A stretch of 36,601 bases of DNA from a virus. Positions within the stretch are counted from its first letter, which is position 1, and every line of letters starts with the position of its first letter. The DNA is taken from the IMG/VR virus record IMGVR_UViG_3300025669_000013; one strand, given 5' to 3'. The position numbers were made by a program, and so were the translations under genes. The notes beneath the pieces were generated by a model that saw nothing but the letters and a program-made list of their open reading frames with translations, searched no databases and was not told the DNA's origin. Shown piece after piece: positions 6,209 to 14,301 of this stretch.

Positions 6209-7586
6209 TCCAATGAGGTTTACTGTTTGCGTTGATCGGAAGCGGTATGTCATGTTGACTCAGATTACTGAATTTTGTGTACATACCCTCGAATTTTAAC
6301 TTGACCATTCCCGTCGGGCCGTTCCTGTGTTTTTTGATTAGTACCTCCGCAATCCCTCTATCAACCGTCTTTTTATTATATATTTCGTCACGGTAAATAA
6401 ACATAATAATATCAGCGTCCTGCTCAATACTCCCGGACTCTCTGAGGTCAGACAACATCGGTCTTTTATCTGATCGTTCCTCACATTTTCGGCTTAACTG
6501 AGATAGCGCTATTACTGGAACATTCAAACTTTTAGCGAGTCTTTTCGTTCGCCTACTCATATCTGCAACTTCCTGCTCCCTTTGTTTTGTGCTCTTACCT
6601 TGAACCAATTGAAGGTAGTCAATAACAATAAGCCCCAATCCTTTTTCATGCCTTCTATTCAACGCTCTTGATTCGTGTTCTATCTGGTCCATTGTACTTG
6701 ATTTTTCATCAAAATACACTGGTTTTTCTGATAGTTCTCCAGTTGACATTGCCAGTCTGTCGAAATCTTCCTGGTTGAGATTTCTGCCAGTTCTTATTTT
6801 TGTATTATCGACTTTTGAAGATGAGCTTAAAATTCTATCTCCATTCTGGTCGTTTGACATTTCCTGGGAGAATATTATTGTCGCTTTGTCTGTTTTATTT
6901 TTCTTATAGACGTTTTCAACGATATTCAAAGCTAACGCGCTTTTCCCCATCGAAGGCCTGGCAGCTATGAAAATTAGATCAGGTGCTATCAACCCGTTTA
7001 TCAACTTGTCAATGTCTGCGAATCCTGTCGGTATCCCTGTTATTTGTTCCTTGCTGTTATATCTATCCTCTATATTATTTACGCACCTTGTAAGAACTTC
7101 CTTGATATGAACAGCGTTCTCTGTGATCTTTGACTCAGATATTTTAAGAATCTTTTCCTGTGCTATTGAAAGCACTTCGTTAACGTCTTGTCCTGGATCT
7201 CTGGCAAGTCTCGTAATTTGGCTGGACTCACTGATCAATTCTCTCATAAGAGCGTGGTCTATTATTAATTTTGCATAGTAGACAATATTACCCTCAATCG
7301 GTGCGTTTGCCTCAATCTCTGCTATGTATCCTATCCCGCCGGCCTCTTCAATTTTGCTATGTGATCTCAAATTATCAGTTACCGTCATTACATCTATGGG
7401 ATAATCTTTTGAAAATAATTCACTGATTGACCTGTAAATACATTGGTGAGGTTCGCTGAAGAATGTCGATGTATCAACAATATTTATTATCTTTTCAATC
7501 TGAGAATTGTCTGAAATCATATAGCCTAGAATCGTTTGCTCCATGTCTGTATCTTGTGGAATTGATAACTCTTGATCGATTTGCAT
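6201..7586 (-). CDS. dnaB: Replicative DNA helicase, DnaB family.
   Basis: Walker A ARPSMGKSALALN, Walker B LIVIDYLQL, the ALSQLSR motif and an N-terminal DnaB-like domain are all present. Length is 461 aa. Confidence 0.92.
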   Translation of the reverse strand: MQIDQELSIPQDTDMEQTILGYMISDNSQIEKIINIVDTSTFFSEPHQCIYRSISELFSKDYPIDVMTVTDNLRSHSKIEEAGGIGYIAEIEANAPIEGNIVYYAKLIIDHALMRELISESSQITRLARDPGQDVNEVLSIAQEKILKISESKITENAVHIKEVLTRCVNNIEDRYNSKEQITGIPTGFADIDKLINGLIAPDLIFIAARPSMGKSALALNIVENVYKKNKTDKATIIFSQEMSNDQNGDRILSSSSKVDNTKIRTGRNLNQEDFDRLAMSTGELSEKPVYFDEKSSTMDQIEHESRALNRRHEKGLGLIVIDYLQLVQGKSTKQREQEVADMSRRTKRLAKSLNVPVIALSQLSRKCEERSDKRPMLSDLRESGSIEQDADIIMFIYRDEIYNKKTVDRGIAEVLIKKHRNGPTGMVKLKFEGMYTKFSNLSQHDIPLPINANSKPHWND

Positions 7587-7592
7587 GTCTCC

Positions 7593-8408
7593 CTATTGGT
7601 TTATTAATGCTTGTGTTGCTTCATATTCTTCGTTCGCCGCTGACATCCCATCATCTTGATTCGTTCCAGTATTGTCAGCTTTACAAATAAAGTCTTTCCA
7701 AAAATTCTTTTTAAGAAATCTTTCAGCATCCTTTGGCAGTCCATTGCATTCAAGTGAATAATTCTCTGTTGCTATTTTTAGATCATCCCATTCTATCTTG
7801 AGTATCTTTTCAAACAAAGGAGATGCTAAACTTTTGCCTACTTTTCTGCCGTTTCTTTTTGGATAACTTTCAAACCATCTTTCAAAAGCAGGTGTATATA
7901 TTTCTTTCTTTTTCCTTTCCTTTCCTTTCCTTTGTGTACTTTTGCCTTCAATTTCTGGATTAATGTCTACATTTAACGGATAAATGTTTACATTTACTTT
8001 GTCTAGGTTGTATAATTCTTTTACATCAATAATGGTGTATTCCTTTATAAACGTGACTTCCTTCCGCCTTTCGGTTGCTGAACAATAATTAGATTGTATT
8101 CTTGATGATGTTAGTATTTCGTACTTATCATAAAGTTTGTTATCAAAAAGACCCTTATCAATGCAATCATTAAGAATTAAAATATACTCATCTATTTTTA
8201 TATTGTTCTCATCAGAAAATAGAATGTTGAAATTTTCGTCTATTTTGAGGTAATACCCACAATCCCTGTAAGTTTCTTCCAATAGTCTTAAATAAACCGC
8301 ATACCCGATTAGGCCATGTTTTGCTTTAACCAATTTAATTTTTATATCCTGTAACATATCAACATCATGACTAAAATAGTCAATTCCTACTTTTGGTTTT
8401 CTTGACAT
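7593..8408 (-). CDS. Replication initiation / replisome-organiser protein with a DUF4373 (Lin1244-like) N-terminal domain.
   Basis: GIDYFSHDVDMLQDIKIKLVKAKHGLIGYAVYLRLLEETYR fits the DUF4373 N-terminus. The C-terminal FERWFESYPKRNGRKVGK motif is common in phage DnaD-like proteins. The ATG at 8408 has the SD AGGGAAATTA. Confidence 0.6.
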   Translation of the reverse strand: MSRKPKVGIDYFSHDVDMLQDIKIKLVKAKHGLIGYAVYLRLLEETYRDCGYYLKIDENFNILFSDENNIKIDEYILILNDCIDKGLFDNKLYDKYEILTSSRIQSNYCSATERRKEVTFIKEYTIIDVKELYNLDKVNVNIYPLNVDINPEIEGKSTQRKGKERKKKEIYTPAFERWFESYPKRNGRKVGKSLASPLFEKILKIEWDDLKIATENYSLECNGLPKDAERFLKKNFWKDFICKADNTGTNQDDGMSAANEEYEATQALINQ

Positions 8409-8916
8409 TAATTTCCCTATGCTCATTTTTATGACATTCAATGCAAAGTGTAATGCCATTATTAATATCTGTTCTTAATTTTTTATGTGTTTTGTATGGC
8501 TTTATATGATGCGCATTTAATTCTGATCCTCTTTTTTGACAGTGCTGGCAAGTAAAATTATCTCTTTTGAAGACTGATTTCCTAAATGCCTTGTATTCAG
8601 GGCTGTTTCTTCTGTCTGTCTTCCCATTCTTTTCTCGCTTTAATTTAGCCTTGTATCTTTTTTCTGAATAGGCGTGAGGTATGCCATCTACTATCTCAGC
8701 CCAATGCGCATCTCCAAGAAAATACAAAAAACTTTTAGCATATTGAAACCCATCAATAATACCTATAATTAAAGCACACTCACCGCAATAATTCTTTTCC
8801 TCAACATCAATTCTCGGCCATGAGCAACACATTATTTCACCGCAATTGTCGCATTTAAACTCATACATTTTTTGCTGGTATCCGCCGTTATCAACTTCAT
8901 ATTCTCTATGCAACAT
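8380..8916 (-). CDS. HNH endonuclease.
   Basis: FTCQHCQKRGSELNAHHIKPYKTHKKLRTDINNGITLCIECHKNEH is a CxxC...HH...N...CxxCH HNH core. Confidence 0.8.
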   Translation of the reverse strand: MLHREYEVDNGGYQQKMYEFKCDNCGEIMCCSWPRIDVEEKNYCGECALIIGIIDGFQYAKSFLYFLGDAHWAEIVDGIPHAYSEKRYKAKLKREKNGKTDRRNSPEYKAFRKSVFKRDNFTCQHCQKRGSELNAHHIKPYKTHKKLRTDINNGITLCIECHKNEHREINVKKTKSRN

Positions 8917-8922
8917 ATTATT

Positions 8923-9102
8923 TTATTTACCCATATATTTATTGATTCCCTTCTTTGAATCATCTGTGAGCGTAGCATATCCATTCAACTGATGACAAAA
9001 ACCACCATAAGTCAACCCGGTTTGCTTCTCTATATATTTTCTGTGAAACCACCGCATTGATTGACCGTTATCTTTTAATTTTCTCCTGAATTCCTTAACC
9101 AT
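8923..9102 (-). CDS. Small basic protein (59 aa), absent from the ORF track because it is below 60 aa.
   Basis: Hand translation gives MVKEFRRKLKDNGQSMRWFHRKYIEKQTGLTYGGFCHQLNGYATLTDDSKKGINKYMGK. The SD is AAAAGGAAAAGATG and the ORF fills an otherwise empty gap. Confidence 0.4.
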   Translation of the reverse strand: MVKEFRRKLKDNGQSMRWFHRKYIEKQTGLTYGGFCHQLNGYATLTDDSKKGINKYMGK

Positions 9103-9143
9103 CTTTTCCTTTTATTGGTTGTTAGTTCGTACCGTCTGCTTAG

Positions 9144-9173
9144 ATGTTATCAGCAATAAATCAAACCTGTCAA
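9144..9173 (-). promoter_or_regulatory. Candidate sigma70-like promoter.
   Basis: On the minus strand, TTGACA (9173-9168) directly follows the stop at 9174. A -10 candidate is TAACAT (18-nt spacer) or GATAAC (16-nt spacer). Confidence 0.4.
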
Positions 9174-9458
9174 CTACAATTTCAACTTTCTCAGCATCTC
9201 AACATTACCAGTCTTCAGCGCCTCAATCTGATCATATGAACACCCCTCAAACGCCCCACCCGGAATAGGTGTTTCACCTCTCAGCTCTCTTTCAATCACA
9301 GCCGGATCGTAATAATGATGAAAATTATGGCCCTGGTACTTTTCTTTATTGTTCATGTAATATTCGGCCTGGTATTTCTTCTGACATTTCTTGCACCGTT
9401 TTCGATTTGACTGAGCTTGATTGGTGCATGATTCTGTTATACATTTTTTGTTTTTCAT
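9174..9458 (-). CDS. Hypothetical Cys/Lys-rich protein (94 aa from the ATG at 9458).
   Basis: The ATG at 9458 forms an ATGA overlap with the upstream stop and has the SD GGGGG. CTNQAQSNRKRCKKCQKK suggests a zinc ribbon. Confidence 0.5.
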   Translation of the reverse strand: MKNKKCITESCTNQAQSNRKRCKKCQKKYQAEYYMNNKEKYQGHNFHHYYDPAVIERELRGETPIPGGAFEGCSYDQIEALKTGNVEMLRKLKL

Positions 9459-10054
9459 GTTAACCCCCATTGATCGGCCATTGCTCTGGCAATACCTGAG
9501 TAAAAAACACTCCTTAGCCTTTCCCTGTCTTTCCCCGGCGACATATAATGAACCCTATTCTGTTCTGATTTTGGTAGTTTTAACATTTCTTCCCTGACAT
9601 TGTTTGTATGCTTTAACTTTCCCAAACCTTCCAGCCAAAAACATGTCGCTTTGCTTTCAAGATGCCCAAACTGCCAAGGCTGTACCAATTGGTCGTATTT
9701 ACCACCGATCAATTGAACAGCGTATTTGTGCGGTATAGGGTTTTCAATGCATTTCTTTTTGATGTTTGCGTTCTTTAACTTGTTGAAAAATATTGCAGCT
9801 TCAAACAGTTTAGGCCAACGTTTTATATCAATATGTAAATGTTTTACACCCGAATTTGCCAAGTATTTACAAACAGGATGGGCAATCATCATATCCCATC
9901 CGTCGTCCAAGTGGTTTAAAACATCATCTTTAATATGCCATTCCGGATGCCCTCCAGAACAATTTATAATATCACAACTGTATGCCTCATGCCCTCTTTT
10001 TCTAAATTCGTTACAGACTACCTGGCTTTCTTCACAAGCTATTATTATCCTCAC
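9455..10054 (-). CDS. Minimal C5-cytosine DNA-methyltransferase-like protein (199 aa, GTG start).
   Basis: It contains a motif-IV-like AHPVCKYL (Pro-Cys), a motif-VI-like CIENP and a motif-X-like YSGIARAMADQW. Motif I is degenerate (IACEESQVV in place of FSGxG). Confidence 0.45.
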   Translation of the reverse strand: MRIIIACEESQVVCNEFRKRGHEAYSCDIINCSGGHPEWHIKDDVLNHLDDGWDMMIAHPVCKYLANSGVKHLHIDIKRWPKLFEAAIFFNKLKNANIKKKCIENPIPHKYAVQLIGGKYDQLVQPWQFGHLESKATCFWLEGLGKLKHTNNVREEMLKLPKSEQNRVHYMSPGKDRERLRSVFYSGIARAMADQWGLT

Positions 10055-10064
10055 ACCCCCCCCA

Positions 10065-10295
10065 TCAACATTTAAAAAACGATTTACGCGGAATCAAATT
10101 GCCCCGCGCTGATAAAAATTCATGAACTCCGCGATAGTCAATTACATCATAATCAGTGCCAATTTTGACCGACTCAACCTGCTCAATTCTCCCGCCTTTT
10201 TTCAAGAAATCATCAACCGCATTTCTGATAAATTCCCGGTCTGGATTGAAGTCTGAGTTGCTTCTTTTTCCGCGTGGTCTTCTGTATGGGTTCAT
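10065..10295 (-). CDS. Hypothetical protein (76 aa).
   Basis: The ORF has the SD GAGGGATTTATG. There are no recognisable motifs. Confidence 0.5.
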   Translation of the reverse strand: MNPYRRPRGKRSNSDFNPDREFIRNAVDDFLKKGGRIEQVESVKIGTDYDVIDYRGVHEFLSARGNLIPRKSFFKC

Positions 10296-10375
10296 AAATC
10301 CCTCATAAAATCGCTTTCCTCTAATTCAATTGCTTCTGTTGGTACGTCTTTCATTTCTTTGTATTTTATGCTCAT
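10292..10375 (-). CDS. Possible 27-aa mini-ORF, translationally coupled on both sides.
   Basis: Hand translation gives MSIKYKEMKDVPTEAIELEESDFMRDL. It has ATGA overlaps at both ends and GGAGG upstream. Confidence 0.2.
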   Translation of the reverse strand: MSIKYKEMKDVPTEAIELEESDFMRDL

Positions 10376-10497
10376 ATCCCTCCAATAAGTTTATAACCTT
10401 TAGCAGTCACCCGCCAAAACCCGCAATGCTGAAGTTCTGGGAGTGACCATTTCATATCTCCGTGATCGATTTTTATTAGGAATTTTTTATCGTTCAT
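10372..10497 (-). CDS. Possible 41-aa small ORF.
   Basis: Hand translation gives MNDKKFLIKIDHGDMKWSLPELQHCGFWRVTAKGYKLIGGI. No clear SD is present. Confidence 0.25.
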   Translation of the reverse strand: MNDKKFLIKIDHGDMKWSLPELQHCGFWRVTAKGYKLIGGI

Positions 10498-10544
10498 TAT
10501 TAAAGGAAAAGCGGCCTTGACTGCTATTTGTTAAATTAAATGAT

Positions 10545-11324
10545 CTACAAATTAGACTGAAGTTTTTTTAATTCTTCTTTTTTATTCTCTATTTCGATTT
10601 TCAATTTCTCCTTTCTTTCGGCTTTCTCCTCTTGTATTAAACCCAGTTTTATTTCGATAAGGGCATCGGTCAGATATTTATCGTCTGTTCGTTTTATCTC
10701 CCATTCTGAAAATTTGTCGGAATCGTATCTTTTCTGCGCTCTCTGTTTTGCGATTTCTTCCAGTTCACCTTCACTTGGATTAATTATAAACCCGTATTTT
10801 TGATCTATAAAATTTGAGCTACTCCATGAATCATCAGAATCATAAAAGTCATAGCACCACCCTCTTTCCTTCCCTGTTGTAAAGGTTATTTCTATTATTA
10901 TTTTAAGATCTCTTTTCATCTTCTCTGACAGAATATAAGGCTCTATTCTGTTGTTGGCAAAACATGCTATTGTTTCAGCATTTTTTAATTCAGTTTTGTT
11001 TATGACCCCTTTCTCAATGTTTGTCATTAGTTCTTTGGCTTTCTTTAGCTCGTATTGAACGCTGTGGATCTCTCTTGTGATCGCCAATAACTCACCATTT
11101 TTTGCTTTCACGGCCTCGATTTTTTTGATGTAGTCTGCTGAGATCTTTTCTACTGGAGGACTTTGGAAAACTTCGCTGACAACTGTTTTCTGGTCGTAGT
11201 CGTAATCCGCATTTCCTTCATGGTCATAAAAGATAATGTGTGGCTGGACAATATAATTATCTTCATCGACCTGCTTTACAAATTCAGCAGCTTGTCCGTT
11301 TCTCAAATAAACAGTTCCATTCAT
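10545..11324 (-). CDS. Hypothetical protein with coiled-coil segments (259 aa).
   Basis: Long ORF with the SD AAAAGGAAAATTATG and heptad-like K/E-rich stretches in the middle and at the C-terminus. Confidence 0.6.
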   Translation of the reverse strand: MNGTVYLRNGQAAEFVKQVDEDNYIVQPHIIFYDHEGNADYDYDQKTVVSEVFQSPPVEKISADYIKKIEAVKAKNGELLAITREIHSVQYELKKAKELMTNIEKGVINKTELKNAETIACFANNRIEPYILSEKMKRDLKIIIEITFTTGKERGWCYDFYDSDDSWSSSNFIDQKYGFIINPSEGELEEIAKQRAQKRYDSDKFSEWEIKRTDDKYLTDALIEIKLGLIQEEKAERKEKLKIEIENKKEELKKLQSNL

Positions 11325-11409
11325 AATTTTCCTTTTGATTAAAGATTAAATTAAATGAGTTTTAATAATAACAAGACTCCATTCGACAGCATGTCTAAGA
11401 AAGTCAATT

Positions 11410-11997
11410 TCAAGTGCATCCTTTGGAACTGGTTTTGATAGAATTAAACCATGTCTTTTTGTTAATAACACTCCACATTGTTTGCTGACAAACCCCAAAT
11501 AATTTGCCAACTTTATCTTGACTAAGTGGGGTTGTTTTATATATTGACCTGGCAAGGGAGGCCTTCTGCATGCTCAACTTGTTACTTGATCTTTTCCTAC
11601 TATTTGTAGCGTTTGTTACAAACCTGCAATTTTCAGGTGTATAATCGCCATCGTTATCAATCCTGTCAATTTGAAGATGATCTAAATAACCGTTTAGCAT
11701 GGCCCACTTTTTAAAATACTTGTATTTGCTCCACTCGCCGCATACTTTTATACCTCTCCCACCGTACCTATGATAATTTTGATAATTTGGGTTACCACAT
11801 CTATCTTTCATATTTGTCCACTTCGTGTTTAATTCACTTTTGTAGTCTCCATGAAGCAGACAACCGCATGTTTCTTGCCTCAGCCCATCTATTTTTCTTC
11901 TTTTCACGTATTCCCCACACTCCCTGCATAGAAATATAGCCGATAAGTATGTTCTTGTCCGCCCCCTCACTATCCCTGAATCATATATAAATTTCAT
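11410..11997 (-). CDS. Zinc-finger plus degenerate HNH-like DNA-binding protein with a C-terminal HTH.
   Basis: WTNMKDRCGNPNYQNYHRYGGRGIKVCGEWSKYKYFKKW...LQIDRIDNDGDYTPENCRF is the widespread phage W-x-x-M-x-x-RC...YGGRGI...DRID-x-x-G-x-Y-x-x-x-NC module. The C-terminal LSQDKVGKLFGVCQQTMWSVI is HTH-like. Confidence 0.55.
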   Translation of the reverse strand: MKFIYDSGIVRGRTRTYLSAIFLCRECGEYVKRRKIDGLRQETCGCLLHGDYKSELNTKWTNMKDRCGNPNYQNYHRYGGRGIKVCGEWSKYKYFKKWAMLNGYLDHLQIDRIDNDGDYTPENCRFVTNATNSRKRSSNKLSMQKASLARSIYKTTPLSQDKVGKLFGVCQQTMWSVINKKTWFNSIKTSSKGCT

Positions 11998-12212
11998 AAA
12001 ATACCATTTACATCATTGCCAAAAACTAATTGGTCAAGTGTTATATCAAGACCTATCGAAAGTCTTATCAAAACATCAAAAGAAGGTTTTCTGTCTCCAG
12101 CTTCTAAATGGCTGACCCAGTCAGGAGTTAAACCAGTCTTTTCCGCAAGTTCTTTTTGGGTCATTATCTTGCCAACTCGCTCTGCCTTTAATGTTTCTTT
12201 GAATTTATTCAT
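11994..12212 (-). CDS. XRE/Cro-CI family HTH transcriptional regulator (72 aa).
   Basis: LKAERVGKIMTQKELAEKTGLTPDWVSHLEAGDRKPSFDVLIRLSIGLDITLDQL is a canonical HTH_XRE pattern. Confidence 0.85.
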   Translation of the reverse strand: MNKFKETLKAERVGKIMTQKELAEKTGLTPDWVSHLEAGDRKPSFDVLIRLSIGLDITLDQLVFGNDVNGIL

Positions 12213-12220
12213 AGTTTTAC

Positions 12221-12247
12221 CTTATATCATGTTGACCAGATAGTCAA
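12221..12247 (-). promoter_or_regulatory. Candidate extended -10 promoter upstream of the XRE gene.
   Basis: On the minus strand, TTGACT (12247-12242) is followed by a 15-nt spacer and TGATATAAG (TG-n-TATAAG, with the -10 at 12226-12221). Confidence 0.35.
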
Positions 12248-12250
12248 CAA

Positions 12251-12646
12251 TTAAATTAACCAAGTTTTAGCGATTGCAATAAACCAATCGAGGGCATGTT
12301 TGTTTAATACATGCTCACTTGAATTTTTTGGTGGAGTTTTTGATAGAACGGCGTCGCAACTATCACAGAGCCATGCACTGAGTTTATCCGGTATCTTGCC
12401 CGCCATAATTCCACCACCGTCCAGGAATTTAATTATCCTGCTTTCACTGTGCCGGTGCGATTCCGTTTCCGTGATCCGGCCGCATCTGACACAGTTCATT
12501 TTTTCAGGTTTTTCAATGGTTCTCTTTTTGCTGATTTTTGTCTTTTTGGTTTCGCGAACCTTGAAGCCTGGCTTGCCAAATTTCGGCTTATAATCACATG
12601 TGCAATTATTGAAACTTTGCTCGTCACATTCGCATTTTTTAGTCAT
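12251..12646 (-). CDS. Cysteine-rich hypothetical protein, putatively zinc-binding (131 aa from the ATG at 12646).
   Basis: CECDEQSFNNCTCD, CVRCGR and CDSCD clusters are present. The SD is AAGGAAATATTCAAATG. Confidence 0.5.
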   Translation of the reverse strand: MTKKCECDEQSFNNCTCDYKPKFGKPGFKVRETKKTKISKKRTIEKPEKMNCVRCGRITETESHRHSESRIIKFLDGGGIMAGKIPDKLSAWLCDSCDAVLSKTPPKNSSEHVLNKHALDWFIAIAKTWLI

Positions 12647-12938
12647 TTGAATATTTCCTTTCCCTCGAATCATTCAAATCAAATCTATGAATCACATGAG
12701 ACATTGAAGAACACCCCATGAGATCACAATTATGATTTTCGTCGTCAGTGTCGCCGCAAATAATAACTTCGCGTCCTGTCATGTAGCATTCAACTAATTT
12801 GGCACCATCTGGAATCATATGACCTGGAATTGAAATTTTTTGATCTTTTGGAGGTTCTGGTTTTTCAACCGTTCCATGTGCCTTTATGCTTAACGGTTCA
12901 TTGCAGAAATCTGTTATATCATCCACCTTTGACCTCAA
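12639..12938 (-). CDS. Hypothetical protein with a non-ATG start (TTG at 12938, or GTG at 12926 with the SD GAGG).
   Basis: The ORF fills the gap. There is no ATG before residue 41. Confidence 0.45.
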   Translation of the reverse strand: MRSKVDDITDFCNEPLSIKAHGTVEKPEPPKDQKISIPGHMIPDGAKLVECYMTGREVIICGDTDDENHNCDLMGCSSMSHVIHRFDLNDSRERKYSND

Positions 12939-13182
12939 GTCCGGCTACAACTCTTTTGTGAATAGCTTTGATTGTCGTCCATGATACACCAACTTTTCGA
13001 TCAAAAAACTCTATCTTAGAAACATCATCGTCTAGGCACATGACATCACAATTATCACATTGATTACCGCAATATTCTGGATTATGTACTTTTATGGTTT
13101 CAAAAAACTCACCCATCATTAACCCTTTTGCGCCATTTTCAGCTGTTAATTCTCTGGGAAGGACTACTATATTTTTAGTCAT
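12919..13182 (-). CDS. Hypothetical protein (87 aa from the ATG at 13182).
   Basis: The ATG at 13182 overlaps the upstream stop by 8 nt. The SD is GGAGA. Confidence 0.5.
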   Translation of the reverse strand: MTKNIVVLPRELTAENGAKGLMMGEFFETIKVHNPEYCGNQCDNCDVMCLDDDVSKIEFFDRKVGVSWTTIKAIHKRVVAGLEVKGG

Positions 13183-13663
13183 GTTGTTTAATCTCCATTG
13201 CTTGATAGTAACGATCTTCTGGATGAGGCAAAACAATTCCTTTCGATATCATGTCGTTCTCAATATCCTTTAAATATTCAGTGAACTGTTTCACCTTGGC
13301 TGTTGTTGTAGATGTCAGCTTAACAATCTGTTTTGACATTGCCTTTGCTTCGTCTTTAAAACCCTTGGTGTGAACTTTCCGGACTGCCTGAATCATTGCA
13401 GAATATTCAAGATCATCCCTGGTATAGATCGGCACTAATAACCGGCGTTTTAAATCTTCGTGAACCTCTTCTTTAGTCCAACCTAATTCGTCAGATATTA
13501 TGCCATTCCACAACCAGTACAGGGAATTTTGGAGAACGCTGCGATCCTGTTTATGGTCCTGAACTATGACCTCCAAAACTGGTTCACTTGGCTGCGCTGT
13601 GAGGAAAGTGTTTAGCCTTGAAATTTGATCATCTGATCGGATAATGTAGGTTTTGCTTTTCAT
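13175..13663 (-). CDS. NinB/Orf-family recombination mediator.
   Basis: IIRSDDQISRLNTFLTAQPSEPVLEVIVQDHKQDRSVLQNSLYWLW parallels my recollection of the lambda Orf N-terminus (EIRSPAHQQNAIHAVQQILPDPTKPIVVTIQERNRSLDQNRKLW). The gene is adjacent to the annealase. Confidence 0.6.
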   Translation of the reverse strand: MKSKTYIIRSDDQISRLNTFLTAQPSEPVLEVIVQDHKQDRSVLQNSLYWLWNGIISDELGWTKEEVHEDLKRRLLVPIYTRDDLEYSAMIQAVRKVHTKGFKDEAKAMSKQIVKLTSTTTAKVKQFTEYLKDIENDMISKGIVLPHPEDRYYQAMEIKQHD

Positions 13664-14301
13664 TTCTTATCACCCGGTATATATTTAGCGTGGCCTTTCA
13701 GTTTTTCAAGCTGATCAATCGGTGGGATCACTTTGACATTATCGATAAAAACACTCTTGCCATAAATCTTTCCATTCCATTTAACATCCACTTCTGAAGC
13801 GGTCACTTCCCTTTCGATTCCGGCTTGAGTAGGTGTTTTTTTGGCATTTGTTCCAGATGGCTGACCCTGCGAGCCGTTTCCGGTTATTTTTCCTTTGAAC
13901 ATATCCAGCCCAATTTCCAAATAACTAGCAGACTTTGACAACATATCGGTAATAGCTGATTTGTAACCATCCGCCGGTTCTGTGTTTGTTCCTGCTGTTG
14001 CGTGGCCTCCATATTGTTCTGGAATATGGCAATCATAATCAAAAATATATAATCTTCCAGACATCAACACATAATCACCTTCTTTACTGATGATTTTATG
14101 CTTTATAGTCCACCGGCCTATTCCAAAGACATCATTTAACCTTTCCATCACATAAGCGGCTTTTAAGGTGGTTAAAAACGTTTTTGTGGGGTGTGCCGAA
14201 TAAGCCTCAACGGGGAAGTCTGCTTTTAGTTTTCCCCGTATTGCCTCATCAATCACAGGTTTTTTTTCTTCTATGTCCCGCCCAAATTCATCCTTTTCCA
14301 T
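13660..14301 (-). CDS. Rad52/Sak-like single-strand annealing protein.
   Basis: YVMERLNDVFGIGRWT and DGYKSAITDMLSKSASYLEIGLDMF match the conserved Rad52-family motifs (G-x-W; A-x-K-[ST]-A-x-T-D-x-L-K-x-x-A...G-I-G). Confidence 0.6.
   Translation of the reverse strand: MEKDEFGRDIEEKKPVIDEAIRGKLKADFPVEAYSAHPTKTFLTTLKAAYVMERLNDVFGIGRWTIKHKIISKEGDYVLMSGRLYIFDYDCHIPEQYGGHATAGTNTEPADGYKSAITDMLSKSASYLEIGLDMFKGKITGNGSQGQPSGTNAKKTPTQAGIEREVTASEVDVKWNGKIYGKSVFIDNVKVIPPIDQLEKLKGHAKYIPGDKK

Noticed and set aside
11346-11555. A 69-aa minus-strand ORF overlapping the 3' end of the 11410..11997 gene.
   Set aside because: It is an alternative frame of a gene with clear motifs and has no SD. Only 64 nt of it lie in the intergenic gap.
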